A DNA stretch of 64,000 nt, taken from the human T2T-CHM13v2.0 reference genome, Homo sapiens. The stretch's first letter is position 1, and each line of letters opens with the position of its first letter. The notes under the pieces were generated by a model that worked only from the letters and a program-made list of their open reading frames with translations, had not been told where the DNA came from and ran no database searches. Below are positions 39,495 through 53,057 of the stretch, piece by piece. The DNA is taken from the NCBI RefSeq assembly GCF_009914755.1, contig NC_060929.1; one strand, 5' to 3'. The position numbers and the translations under genes were made by a program.

Positions 39495-41020
39495 CATTTA
39501 TGTATTTAGTGCGCATCTGTTGAGCTCAGTCTTACTATGTTCCAGATATTGTTCTGCGGACTGTGGATAGAGTGGTGAACAACACAGGATAAAAACATAC
39601 CATCATAATGCTTATATTCTTTTGGGTAAATAAGATAAAAAAATAAATATATAATATAGCAGCTCATGATAAAGGCTATTTTAAAATTTAAACCAAACTA
39701 AGGGACTGGAAAAGATGGGTGGAAATGAGCTATCTTAGATAGAGTGATCAGTGAAATCCCTATGGGGAGGAGATATTTAAACAGAGATGAAATATAGGTA
39801 GAAGTAATTCTGGCCCAAACAAACCTCCTCAAACATTTTTTACTTTCTTTTTTCCTCTAACTCTTGAGTGGATATTGACCCAACAGCAAGCTTTAAGGTG
39901 GCAGAGAGTGTCCTTCAGACTGAGCCTGTCATTATTGCTTTAAACAGAGAGTCCTCTTCCCCATTACCTCCCATAATGTGCCACTCCCATAATGAACATC
40001 CTAATACTTTATAAATGTAATGCTGTATGTAGTGTATATATATATATATAATATATATGTGATTCTGTACATGATAAGTATAGTATATTTAATGAAGGTA
40101 AAATAGATTTCTGATTTTTTAGCCACTGAGACTATGAAGTTACTACTATAGCAGCTACCTGTAACATCTCACATTATAATAAATAATTAACCCTTCTAGG
40201 CAGAAAAACATTATGTGCAAAGAGTTTGGGACAATGAGGCAATACTGTGGCTCTGTGTTCCATTCCAGGCAGAGCATGGAAATTGTAGCTGGAGCCCAGC
40301 ACATTAAAGAGCTGTGTGAAGTGAGATCTGAGAAGTGGGGATGGTAGATGATAGCACTTGGGATTTTAGTTGGTGTGAAATGAATAGGCCCTAAGCTCAG
40401 CTGTGGCCTAGAGCCTTCTAAATTGATGAAAACAGCTGCACTGTCCAAAAAGGTAGCTACTAGCTACAACTGATGAACTGAAATTTTAATTTAAATTTAT
40501 TAAAATTTAAAAGTACAGAGTCACATGTGACTAATGCCAATATACTGGACAGTGCAGCTCTGGTGGCTTTCAGCAGAGGAGTGGCATAACTTATCTTACA
40601 TTTAAAAATAAAAATCTTGATTCCTTTTAGGGAATACACTGTAACACAACCGGCATGGGAGCAAGGCTAATAAACAGAAGGGAAAGCTGGTAAAATCGTT
40701 CAATTGAGAGAAGATATCTTGGACTCTAATCATTGTAGTGGAAGCACGAAGTGGCTGGATTTTGAACATTTCAAAGGTGCAACCAGTACGGTTTTTAATA
40801 TCCACAATGTGAGTTGTACAAGTAAAAGAGGAATCAAGAATTACTCAAATAATTCCCTCCCACCCTTGTCCCTTAAACAGCTGGATAAGCAGAAGGCATT
40901 TTCTAAAATGAGAAGCTTAAAGGAAGAATACATTCGTTCTGATGTAAGCATGTTTGGTTTGAGGTGTCCACTAGATATCTAAATGCAGATGTGTAAGGGG
41001 TCTGGAGTTCAGGGGACAAA
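39495..41020 (-). mobile_element. L2 fragments (39495-39800 and 40260-41020)
   Basis: ttcattttatgtattt...tactatgttccag...; gaagtggctggattttgaa...gaggaatcaaga...ggtctggagttcagggg. Confidence 0.7.
40436..40557. mobile_element. Internally deleted MER3/MER33-type MITE
   Basis: Perfect terminal inverted repeats ctgcactgtcca / tggacagtgcag around an AT-rich core. Confidence 0.8.
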
Positions 41021-41699
41021 GTTAGATAAAATGGTGAGCTACTAAATGCTAACTTGTAAGGGAGAAAACTCTTTTGGCCAAAGTGATGTTAATATCAGTG
41101 CATGATGTGTGACTTCACTAAAAATGCTTGTCACTTTTATTTCTGTCCAAATATTTAACTTATGAATTCTCCAGTTTCTATAATTTACACATTTTTTAAA
41201 AAATGTATAATTCCATATTTCTATAATATTATTTAAAACTGGATATAATATTTTATAATAAGAAATTCAATTATCTACACACAGAGAATAAAAAATAGCA
41301 TAAAGGCATTCTTATATACCAAGAAAAATAGTGACTATGCATGAAATTTAATTCTATCAGAAACAGACATGGATGGCAATCATTGAGAATATAAACACAT
41401 ATTTGAATGTTACCCTTTATTTTTTTCTAAGCATTATCTAAAATCTTTATGCATATGTTCAAAAAATATTCCTATTTCTGGATAAGTGTGATCACATCAT
41501 CTGCACCTTTTTCAGTGCCAGCTTTTGCTTTAGTTTTCCATTTTTGCCTGCTTCCCATCTTTCACTCTTTATCACTTCCTCCCCTCCCCACATCACATGA
41601 CATACCCCTGCAGGTAGATCAAATTAAAATCTGGTTTGTAGCTGTTCATATTTTTCTCCATGATCGTGGGATAATAAACAGAAAATATGGTCTTATGAT

Positions 41700-42620
41700 T
41701 TGTTTTAGAAAAATAAAGGATACACCCTTTTATCTGCTCTCATGAGAAATAATTCTTCCAAACCTCTTTACTTTAAATAATATGGTTTGAATTAATTCTT
41801 TTTAATGGCATAACCTCCCACATTGTTAGTTCCATAATTTATTCAACTATCCCCCTATCAGGTACGTTCACTTGGTTTTCAATATTTTTGTCAACATAAA
41901 AAAATGTAAATATGAATGTACATATATTCTAATATATCTCCTCACATACTGATGTTTTGGTTTCTATGAGATAGAGTCCTCAGAGTGACATTTCTAGGTC
42001 AAATAGCATATGAATTTTTAATAGATGTCAACAGTTTTCCCCAAAATGTGAAAAAAACAATTTGCGTTTCCATCAGTAGTATATAGAAATTTCCTTTTTC
42101 TCATATCCCCACTAGCAGTAGATGTTATAAATCTTTTAAATTTTATTTTACTTTAATTTGTATTTCACTAACTTCTAGTGATTTTAAATAACTTTTTGTG
42201 TGTAGGGAGAACATATGAATATGCTTTGCAATAAGGTACATATTTATCTACTCAGTTGTTTGCCATCTCCTTGTCAATCTTTTGAAAACTTTTTTAAAAT
42301 GTGTTATCATCTGCACTAAAAATCTCTTTTCTCAAATTAAGCATTTGTCTATTTCTTTATGGTATTTTGTCATTATAAGTTTAAATATTTCTATCTTCTC
42401 TTTTATAAAATCAGAGTTTTATTCTCAATTAAGAAGTCTTCTCCACACTTAACTAGTCTCCTAGATTTTCTTGCAAGGTAAAATTATTTTTTACATATAG
42501 GTCTTTCATTCATTTAGAATTGTTCTTATTTGTGGTTAAAGACTGGTTTTATTTTATATCCTTTCAGATGGATAGCCAGTAGTTGAAGTACTTTTCAGCA
42601 AATTATCTATCCTATTCTCA
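41700..42620 (-). mobile_element. Old L1ME fragment
   Basis: ccataatttattcaactatcccc...ggtcaaatagcatatg...tttcagatggatagccagt. Confidence 0.65.
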
Positions 42621-42997
42621 TGATTTTGTATTTTTTCTAGAGAAAATATATTGTAAATAAATAATCATCAAAGGATCTTTAATGAGATTTTAGATGGTTC
42701 CACCAAACTACGGGGTAGGGAAACAGTTGGATAGTAAGATAAACTAGCAAACTATCTTTTTTTTAAGGGCATTTTTTCAGAAGTTCCACAAACTACATAA
42801 ATATTTATTTCCAACATGAAAATGGAAGAGCCAGCCAAAGCCTTCCAGCCTGATAAATGGATACTTTCCTATTTATAGTTAGACTGTGAGTTACTTGAAG
42901 GCTTGTAGGTACAAACTACCATTCCAGAAAGTAATCAAAACAATTTTTTAATAAATGAATGAGCAAAGGAGTGAATGGATAAAGAAAGTGAGTACAG

Positions 42998-43547
42998 AGT
43001 TGAGAGACAATTCCCTATGGGAATTTTGCATTTCTTAACATTTTATGAAAAGGTATTGACAGCTTTTTTCCATACTATCTTATCAAGAATGTATGTATAG
43101 AAAACAATCTTGGAAGAAGATATTACCCCACTCTAAGGAAGAGGACAATATGTTTTCTGACCAGAATAGTAGCAATAATGTATAAGGCATAGGTGTTCCT
43201 CTAAGGCAAAGGTTGGGTAGGTTTGCTTAGAGCCCTCTTTATAAGACTGAGGATTTCCTAAACTCCAAGTTCCTTCAGTTGTGATATAAATCCATGTGTG
43301 CAGACCATATCCACCTGGGCCTGACTTTGCATAACCTTTGCAGAACTTAGGGGGCAACAGGAACTAAAGATAGCATGAATTTCATGCTCAGTGTGATCAT
43401 GAAGTTCATGTGTCATGAGTAATAAAACTCTTTGTTTCTGACCTAGGTAGGAGTCTCATGCCTTCTGTCATCATCCATAAAACTACGACAGGCAAACTTG
43501 CTAGCTTGCAAGTATGGTAAAACCTCACACATTTCACTGTTCTTAAA
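42998..43547 (+). mobile_element. LTR40 (ERVL) LTR
   Basis: gagacaattccctatggg...gagtaataaaactctttgtttctgacc...catccataaaact...aacttgctagcttgcaagtatggtaaaacctca. Confidence 0.8.
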
Positions 43548-43588
43548 AGAAGAACCAGCAAATTCACATCCCTCACAAAATATCTTAC

Positions 43589-43680
43589 CTGCTTTCTGAC
43601 ACCTGATATTTCTTTCTATTCTCTGGATTAACTCTGTCCCTTGTTAAATTCCAAATATTTCTGGAGACCAAAAATAATTA
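43589..43680 (-). other. Candidate - strand exon (92 nt, or 72 nt from an alternative acceptor)
   Basis: Acceptor tctttttatcttttttctttgtAG and donor CAG|gtaaga on the - strand; motif evidence only. Confidence 0.3.
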
Positions 43681-44979
43681 CTACAAAGAAAAAAGATAAA
43701 AAGAACATAGGAACACAATTCTAAGGAAATTATTGAAAGACTATAACTGAGCCACTAATGGAAGAAGTGGCTACATAGAAAAGTCTTGGAACTATCCAAG
43801 GCAAACTATGCCTCCATCAAATAATTATTTTGAAATCAATACTTGTGTGTTATGGTGTGTTCTAATTAACAATTTTTATATTTTCAATATTCGTTCCGGA
43901 TTTTCTCTAAAGTGATCAGCCACAGCCCTGCAGAAAATATCTATAAACCACAATTTTCAACTTTTGATAAAATAACCTCTTAATTATTGATTACCAAAGT
44001 CCTCTTGCAGTTTCAAGAAGATTTTGGTTTCTAAAATTCTAGCGTGTTTTAGTGTTAAACTAATATACAAGGTGAATTCTTAAATCAATAATTGGGATTA
44101 ATCACTGAAAAAAGCTAAGATGGCCTGACTAAGACATGTATTTTAAATTTTTACTGAAAAGTTTCAGTAACTATTAGTTTAGACTTGTGGAAAAAAGTTA
44201 AAAGTTTTACTAGTAATCTTTGATTTAATATTAAAAAGCTTCGAATGTCTCATGGTGTTATATAATTAATGCTTACATTGCTCTTGGGAAATTAGTAAGG
44301 ATATAAGTTATTCTCTCTCTACTATGCAGTTAAGGATCCCAAGAAGCCACACAAGTGTTCAGTCACTTTTCTAACAAACACAACTTTTTAAACTATAAAC
44401 AGAACTCGACACTCTACCAGACTGTATCTGGACAGTCTGTAATAAGGCCCAGTGGGTATAATGATAGAGGAGTGTCTATGAATTTTAACAGCTTGCTGAA
44501 ATCTTTATGATGGAAACCTGTATTTATGCTTTTAATTACCATGAATTTGGCAGTCATATTCAGGTAAATATTTCTGGTATTCCGTGCATAGGAAAGCATA
44601 CACGTGCCAATTTACACTGATGAAATTTGTTCTTTTATCAACTAACTAATTAGCTTTCATTATAATGCTTTAAAGATTTTCCTGGGATTTCAGCTCAGTA
44701 GTCTGAGAGCTCTCTCTGGGTAATGTATTCACAACAAAACTTGTGAAGCTGCCATCAGAAAGATGGAATTCATGAATGAGAGAGGAAGGCTATGTCAATC
44801 TTGGGCAAAGAGAGGGAGGTGTTAAAACTCCATCTCAGAGTGTGCTTCTTAGAGAACACATCTTCAACAGTTGGTAACAGGTTGGCCCAAGAAAAAAAGG
44901 CACTAAAATGGATGTTTAGAAGTGTATCACTTCCTACCCCCTTGCAGTAAGAACCTCCACACCTGCTGGCAGATAGAGA

Positions 44980-46030
44980 ACTATAGACCCTGGCACAGGT
45001 GACAAGCCATCTGTTAAAAACTCTCACCACTGGTAAACTGGGATGATATTCCAAGGGAGGAAAATACATTCGTTGATGCATTTTGTCAAGCATTTGGAAA
45101 AATATGAGGCAAATAGTAACTATGTGGACAATGCAATTGGGTGGTTATTACTAAGAGTAATTGATGATGTAAGAAAAGATAAAGAAAGTCTGAGAGCAAT
45201 TAGTCCCCAATTGATAGCTAACTGTGAAAGCCAGAGGTCCTCCTTGATAGCTCATAGTCATGGATTTGTTCTGCCAAGATAAAAGCCCTATTTATGAAAG
45301 AATGGGACCCTAGCAGCGTTTTATGGGACTTAGAGAGCAGGAAAAAACCCCACTGAACCATCACATTGCAATGTAAACAGCTCAATCACTGAGGCAAATG
45401 AACTGGCAGACTCTATGGTGTAAGACATTTTGGTGGGAGGAAAATATGCCACATGAAACTTATGGAAAGGTCCAACGTGAGAATCACAATGTGAACTACT
45501 AGAGCTATTGAGCAATGTCTTGCCATCTGCAACTAAAATTATATACCTTTTGAAAAAGCAACTCCTACCACATTACTAAGATAGAGAGCTTGTCCACGGG
45601 GCACTATATGATTATGCAGCATATTTGCCAATCATGAGCTGAATATTTTCATATGAATAACAGGACAAACAAAATCGATCATAAGATGAAAATGGTACAT
45701 CAGGGTTCTAGCACAAGCAGAACCAATCATAAGCAAGCTGCATGAGTATGTAGCCCAGACCTCCACTTCATTGCTGTTGCACCAGTAAACCTCCCTCTGC
45801 TTACACCCTTAGCCATATAGGGAATCTCCTAACCAGCTGACTAAAGAAGAAAAGTTTGAGCTTGGTTCAGACATGGGTCAGCTTAGCATGCGAATGCAAA
45901 TCACAAACGGACAGCAGTTACACTACCCTCACTAAGGAATGGTGTGCAAATCTGGGGCCAGGGAAAATCCTCCCATTGTGCAGAACTCTGGCATTGCACT
46001 TGGTCATCTACTTTGTATGACAATAGTGGT
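44980..46030 (+). mobile_element. ERVL-class internal relic (gag and pol RNase H region fragments)
   Basis: ORF 45043-45282 resembles ERVL gag (IGWLLL...KDKESLRAISPQLIANCESQRSSL); 45540-45760 has decayed PFEKQLL / KWYI / SKLHE.VAQ pol motifs. Confidence 0.8.
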
Positions 46031-49000
46031 CTGAGAAAAAAATTTAAAATGGGCTCCCCTCTCCAGGCACAAGAAATATTTTACTGCTGAATTGCATCAC
46101 ATGCTTTGATTCTAGTCAAACTCACATGCTTACTTTTTGTTAGTTTTATAATCAGAAATATTTAATAAACCATGTCTTCATTTATTTTTTTGGCTTCCTG
46201 AAAAGTTAGAGTCAAATTTAAAGCCCAACTGTGACACTTCTGCTGGTTCACATTGATAATATAATTGTGTTTTCTTCCATAGGATTTTGATTTTTCTATT
46301 AATAGGTATTTTCTCCCATTCTAATTTTCCCATTTAGACTTCTTTTTAAATATAATGCCTTGCTGTGCCCCTCAGGGGTGCTTTGTGAAAAAGAAACTGA
46401 TGATTGATATGTAATAAATTGACAGGCAAATAAGTATTGCTACATATTTTTAAAAGCAAACAAAAATATGAGACTAATGCTAAGACAAAACTGTTAATTG
46501 GGATAACATCTCTTGGGCATTCTCCTAGACTTAGTGTAGTCCCTACTCTCTACTCTCCAATTTCTTATTCACCTTTTCCATTTTCACCCTAGATTCTCTC
46601 ATATCCTTTTGTCATAGAAATATGGGTTCAGCCAACCAGTGTCAGCCAAGGCTCTACTCTATAACACCTTAAGGAGTTACCCTTTCCAGGACCACTTTTG
46701 TTTTAATAGAAATCTATTAAAGACAAATAGGCTGAATGCCCAAAGGGATGATTGAATTTAACACATGCAGAGAGATAATTGGTTCCCTTATCTCACTTTG
46801 CAGCATCTTCTGTATTTGAAGCATGAGAATTATGTTATCCATGAAGATCACAACATTCCTATGTCTAGCTCAAAACTAGCTTGACAAGTTTTGTTTTATT
46901 AAGCCCCAAGACAAAGGAAAAGGGCCACATTTTTTATAGCTATATTGTCATTTCTTTCCTCTAAATTTTTATAACATGAAAGAATCTTATAAGAAAAAAG
47001 AAAATAGCTCACTAAGCCACTACATGAACAAAACTATTTTCACTTCTGCAAATTTCATCTATGCCTTTGCATAATACAAAATATGTTGCATAGCTGTAAT
47101 CCCAGTTCCAAGTAAATTTGTATATGATGCTTTATGTTACTTTTAGAATATAGTTTCCCGTGCTTCTATATGGTTTCTGGAGCTACTCATTTTAACAGGA
47201 AATGATGTAACATAATTTACCTAATCATCCTTTATATTATTAAAATTAGGCTATTGTTTCTTGCTATTTTGTATAATGCTACAATGAAAACTTGGCATAG
47301 CTTTATATCATTGTTGCATTAGTTCTGCAGAATTAAATACCAGAAGTAAGGTGTTTAAGTCAAACATATGAATATTTCGATTTATCTTATTATCTCTTAT
47401 TACTTTGCTCTTCAAAATTCTTATAGAAATTATAATTATTTAAACCATTTTAATAGAGCATAAGATTGTTGAGTAACCTTTCCAAAACATAGACTTTAAT
47501 TAGTAACAGAGTAGATACTGGAATCCTGTCTGAGTCCCTGATATTAACTTATAGGATGCACAGTTGTACATAAAAGAAAAAAAGGAAATAATGAACTCAA
47601 TTTTGTGAAAGAGAAGGATGCAGATCTGACTAAATTCCAAGTATAATAGGGACTTCACTTGATTCTATTTTCTGGGCATAAAATGTTTTTTCCCAAATTT
47701 CTTTCTTAGAAATTTATGGACAGTCTCCTCGCTCTAGAACAGAACTCGAGTTTTACTTTAAGAAATCTCCTCTCACCTCCAGATTATATTAGGAATCCTG
47801 AAAATTTAATAGGAAATTCTGTCATTCCAAACTTATTTCTTCATATAGAATCTATTACAACTGTAATTAAATCACTAATAATTAATGACTTTCCTAACTG
47901 AACATAAGCCAGCTTCCATCTATCCTGTTCTCCACTATAACTACAAGGCCTCAAATAGTGCCTTATATATAGAAGGTTCTCAATATTTATTGAATGAATA
48001 ACCAATGAATGGATAGAAGAACAGATGGAGAAATTAATATAGTTTTAAGCAGGACTGAATCACCTTCACCAAAACTACTATTATCTCTCTTTCATCTAAA
48101 AATCCACCAAGACTATTCTGGTTCAAGATGATAAATTTACTGTAAGCATGTTCCTTTACTACCTTTTAAAATCACAGTAAAATGACAGTAAAGATATACT
48201 ATAAATAACAAATTGTGGCAACTATGAAAATAGAGAATATGCCATTAATGAAGGAAGAATTTTCTGGAGGATAGCATGCATATGAGAATGTAATGACAAA
48301 TCAGACCAGAGGAAATTACAACCCAAAGCATTAACTGGAAAAGGCTAATACAGAGAGGGGAGTTGCTTTGCCTGGTAATGACCTGAAAAGGTCTTAAGGC
48401 TAGAATTGGCAGGGATAAAAAATAAGCATGGGCCGTGGGGAAGCCATCATATATTAATTGATAGAATACCTAGATCTGCTCCTAGCTAGAGCCCTAAAAA
48501 GTACTGTATAAAGAGAAAAAGTTTCTCCTAGTGGCCAGTCGTGATGTGAGTGATAGGGATTGGGATAGAGGCAAATTAAAGCCTGCAGTGATTCTATGCC
48601 TCTGCAAGGACCTGCAGGAGCACAGTGGGGGAGGCAGTAGAAAGGAAAACAGCTCCTCCTAGGAATAAAATTGTTCATGTGCTCTCCCACCAGAGTAGAG
48701 AATGCATGACTGCCATGCATCAGGGACTGTCTGGATGTCCCCCACCTTTGTAACAAAAAGGTAGGCTTCCAGGTGATAAAGTCCATACAGTTACAGAAAG
48801 TCTATATCCAGGCATTCCACTGAGGGTGGAGGCTTGAGGATGTGCAGACATCTGAACTGTGACTACTCTCTATCTATGTTAATCAGCATAGGCCTCTGTC
48901 TATAAACAGGAGTGGTTGAACACACTAATAACAGCATGAAAAAGAAACATTAATTTTTCAAGCATTAGGTTTAAAAACAAAACCCTGGGTCAAATATCAA

Positions 49001-49353
49001 TATTGTAAGGTTAATTAAAGGAAAAACATCCACCAGTATTATATGAAGAGAAATAAAAGATTATTATTACTGAAAATTCTTTTGCTGTCAAGGATGTAGA
49101 GACTGGAAAGAATATTGCTTCCATCATAAAAGCAGGAAAATGCTGAGGAAAAATTTTGAAGAATCACAATTTTTCTTGAAATTATTACAGAGCTGAGTTT
49201 GCAAGGTAATCAAGTAGCCTAAATCCAAGGGAAGATGGGTCCCTCCTCAGAGATATGGGATGTGAGCACTGAGTTACCTCAGGCAGAAGATGCAAGAATT
49301 CAAGCATCATGCAAGCTGGTTATATGATTTCAGGTAAATTTAGTTTTAATTGC

Positions 49354-49905
49354 CATATTAAAGTTCTCTAGAGAAACAGAACCACCAGGATGTGCATGTG
49401 TGTGTGTCTATATATGTGTGTATATACGTATATATGTATATGTATATGTTCATGTTATGTATATATACATATATGTATATCTACATATACATACATGTGT
49501 GTATGTGTGTCTGTGTGTGACAGAGAGAGAGAGAGAGAGAGATTGATTGATTTATATTAAGGAATTGATTCATGCAGTTATGGAGGCTGGCACATCCAAA
49601 ATCTGGAGGGTGAGCTAGCAGGCTGAAGGCCGGGGAAGAACCAGTGTTACAATTTAAGTCCAAAGGCAGTCTGTTGACAAAATTACCCCTCCTTCAAGAA
49701 TGGCCAGTTTTTGTTCTCTTCTGTCCTTCAGCTGATTGGATGAGACTGACTCATATTATTGAGGACAATAGCTTGACACAAAGTCCACCATCTTAAATGT
49801 TCATCTCATCCCAAAACACTCTACCAGAATCACCTATAATAATGCTTGACCACACCTCCGGGCACCATGGCCCAGCAAAGTTGACAGGTAAAATTAACCA
49901 TCACG
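49354..49905 (-). mobile_element. MLT2C-like LTR containing a (TG/TA/GA)n tract at 49390-49542
   Basis: gttctctagagaaacagaacc...ttaaggaattgattcatgcagttatggaggctg...gggcaccatggcccagcaaagttgac...aaattaaccatcac; TSD ATTGC (49349-49353, 49906-49910). Confidence 0.9.
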
Positions 49906-49920
49906 ATTGCTAAAGCCCTT

Positions 49921-50225
49921 AAAAAATGTTTAAATTATTACTGCTAAAAAGTAAGACTATGGGATGAAATAAATAAAGGTAATTTTTTACTTTTCATATT
50001 TGACTCTATGGTATAGCATCTGGTTGTTATGTTAACTATGTATCTATGTTATTTTTACAACTATTATAAAGATATAGAAATAAAAGCCACAACGTTAGCA
50101 AAGTATTTTAAAGTTCCATGTTGTTTCAAGCCATCATTAACTCTTTGGATTTGCAAAGTTAAATTTGTTATACTAGACCAGATAATTGTTACATGCAAAT
50201 TATGTTTACATAAAAGAAATTTTAC
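49921..50225. repeat. ~305-bp dispersed duplication, copy A
   Basis: ~89-90% identical by manual alignment to 52025-52326. Confidence 0.92.
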
Positions 50226-52024
50226 CCAAATTGTACCCAAGGGGATTTTGCTCCTGCTTCGAGGTTTCTTTCTTTCCAATGATGTCCATCACGTGTTCAT
50301 AAGAAAGACTGGAGGTAAAGTGAAAGATTGAAGACATTCTTCCATAGTGGTTCAGGCCTACAGGACTGAAGTGACAACCACTGTGAGAAAAGCCTGAAGC
50401 CCTAACTAGACACTTCTTTACGGAACAAAATCCTTAAACAGCTTAGGCACAAAAGGAAGTTCTGTCCTCACCCAGGGCACAGGCAAAGATTCACTGTGGC
50501 TGAAGGAGGGTAAAAGAGAAAATCCTACCCCTGGGAGAGGGGCAAAAAATTATTCCTGGGCTCAGATTCCTATCCCAGTAAAAGCATTCTACTCTGGCGA
50601 GGGGAGCAGAAAAACTGTACCAGAACAAAATCTGCAAACTATAGAAGGCCGAGATTAGCTGCCATGGAGACAAGGAGCAGGATCACTGAGACAGCTCCAC
50701 CCCGAGACCTAGAAGCCCAAAGCCTACTTAAGACCAAGACAAGACCCAGACAAGAGAGAACACCTCTTGCCCCACACCTTCAGACAAGAAAACACCCAGC
50801 AGTCGGCCACTGGAGGAGAGTGGAAAGCTTGGAGAGACATTCACATTATGACCCAGGAAAGAAAGCTGAGGCACAAGGAAACATTGAGAAATATTCTCCA
50901 TCAGGCCAGCCCCTAGCTTAAACACAAAGAAACACCAGAGCGGTTTGAAGCTGGAGGTGCACTGAGGGTAACCATGGCAACCAAAAAATTCCAAACCTGT
51001 CTCAACTCCTGATAAAATGGAAGCAACGCTTTAAACTAAGAGCCTAGCAGAAAATGCCTGCCCATTTCTTGGCATAAATGCTATTTTCCTTCATCTTTTC
51101 CGTACTACACATTATGTATAACCTCGTAAAAATTATGACACATACACACACACACAAAGAACAATTTATTGTCAAGAAACAAAGAAATCAACAGAACTGG
51201 ACTCACAGATTACTCAGATGCTGAACTACACACCAGATATAGCAAAGAGGAAATGGGGAAAGTAAAGGAAGCAATTTCAGTAACTGAAATCCAGACACAA
51301 GTCTTCAGATTTTTAAAGGATCTTTAAACGAAAATAGTACAACAAATTTTAAACAACTTAACCCTAGATTCATTTTAATAATATTCAGAATTTCAAGAGT
51401 AAATTAAAACTTTTAAAAGCATCTAGAAAAAATAAGTTTACTTTCAAAGGTATAAAAATAAAATTTGCATCAAATGTCCCATCAAAAAATTGGAAAGTAG
51501 AAGGTGGCGCAATGCCTTCAGAATTTTGAAAGGAAAAATTTTTAACCTATAATTCTATACTCAATGTATTAATAAATGAGGAGGAAGGACATCAGCAAGA
51601 CAGCAGAATACAGTTCTCCAGCGCTTGACCCATCACAGAAATTCCAATTTGAATAACTATCCATGTACAAGTTTGAAAGCAAAATAAAGATATTCACAGG
51701 ATAAACAGATTATGTAAAGATTATGTGAATAACCAAATAAATGTTTTAAACATAAAATCTAATAGAAAGGAAATAGGAGATCTTAGAAACAATAACACCA
51801 GCTCAGGGGAGAACTGTTAAGAATATTTTAATAAGATCACCAAGTGATTTGTTTGCTTGTTAAAGTCTGAGAAATTGGTGTGAGTGATTTAAATTACTAG
51901 TGTTTGATATCAAAAGTCAACTGGTAAACTCTCAAGTTGATAAATCAAGAAATCAAGACTCAAGAATTGAATTTAGAAGTATGGGCAATGGAGGAGCTGA
52001 GGGAGTAACAACTTTAACTAAAAA

Positions 52025-52326
52025 AAAAAATGTTTAAGTTATTACCTCTAAAAAGTAAGACTGTGGGATGAAATAAATAAAGGTAATTTTTTTACTTTTC
52101 ATATTTGACTCTATGATATAGCTTCTGGTTGTTTTCTTAACTATGTAACTAAGTTATTTTTACAACTATTTTAAAGATATGGGAATAAAAGCCACAATGT
52201 TAGCAAAATATTTCACAGTTCCACACTATTTTGAGCCATTATTATTTGGATTTGCAAAATTAAACTTGTTATACTAGACCAGATAATTGTTACATGCAAA
52301 TTGTGTTTACATAAAACAAATGTTAC
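52025..52326. repeat. ~305-bp dispersed duplication, copy B
   Basis: ~89-90% identical by manual alignment to 49921-50225. Confidence 0.92.
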
Positions 52327-52666
52327 AATGAAGCATAAGAAAAGATTTACAAACTACAAGTTCTACTTATTTTTTAAAATATTCAGTACAATAAAATTCC
52401 ATTTTGGTTCAACAAAGTATTAGACAGTTTCTTAGATTTGACTGAAATGGTATTAGACTTGAAAATTTTTGCCATTTGGACTGAAAAACAAATATCACTG
52501 TAAAAGAAACTACTCATTTTTCATATCACAGTAAAGTTCTAAATAATAGATCATTATCTCTATTCATAAATTGAAAGCAGTACTTTTAACTTGAGTCAAT
52601 TTTTAATATGGAGTGGTTCTAAAATGAGATTAATCCCACTTTCGTACTCTAAACCTTAAAAGGAAC

Positions 52667-52971
52667 AAGCTAGAAACCATCATTCTCAGCAAACTATCGC
52701 AAAGACAAAAAACCAAACACCGCATGTTCTCACTCATAGGTGGGAATTGAACAATGAGAACACATGGACACAGGAAGGGGAACATCACACACCGGGGACT
52801 GTTGTGGGGTAGGAGGAGGGGGGAGGGATAGCATTAGGAGATATACCTAATGCTAAATGATGAGTTAATGGGTGCAGCACGCCAACATGGCACATGTACA
52901 CATATGTAACAAACCTGCACGCTGTGCACATGTACCCTAAAACTTAAAGTATAATAATAATAAAATAAAAT
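52667..52971 (+). mobile_element. L1PA3-like 5'-truncated insertion
   Basis: 3'UTR ggagatatacctaatgctaaatgatgagttaatgggtgcagcac; TSD aaaaggaacaa (52658-52668, 52972-52982) at a TT|AAAA site. Confidence 0.95.
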
Positions 52972-53057
52972 AAAAGGAACAATATTTTTTGTCCTTATTA
53001 ATGAAGGAAACCTACTCAATTTACAATTTCTGGAGATAAAAACACAAGCAACCATTT

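Larger units (their letters stand above)
48110..52175 (+). mobile_element. HAL1-like / old L1M relic carrying nested insertions
   Basis: 5'-end-like sequence at 48110, ORF1 C-terminal-like sequence at 51290-51565, then an L1ME-type 3' end at ~52020-52175 with no ORF2 seen; nested L1M 5'UTR-like block ~49085-51240. Confidence 0.5.

Noticed and set aside
44151-44170. 9-bp inverted repeat ttactgaaa/tttcagtaa
   Set aside because: Short and AT-rich; compatible with chance
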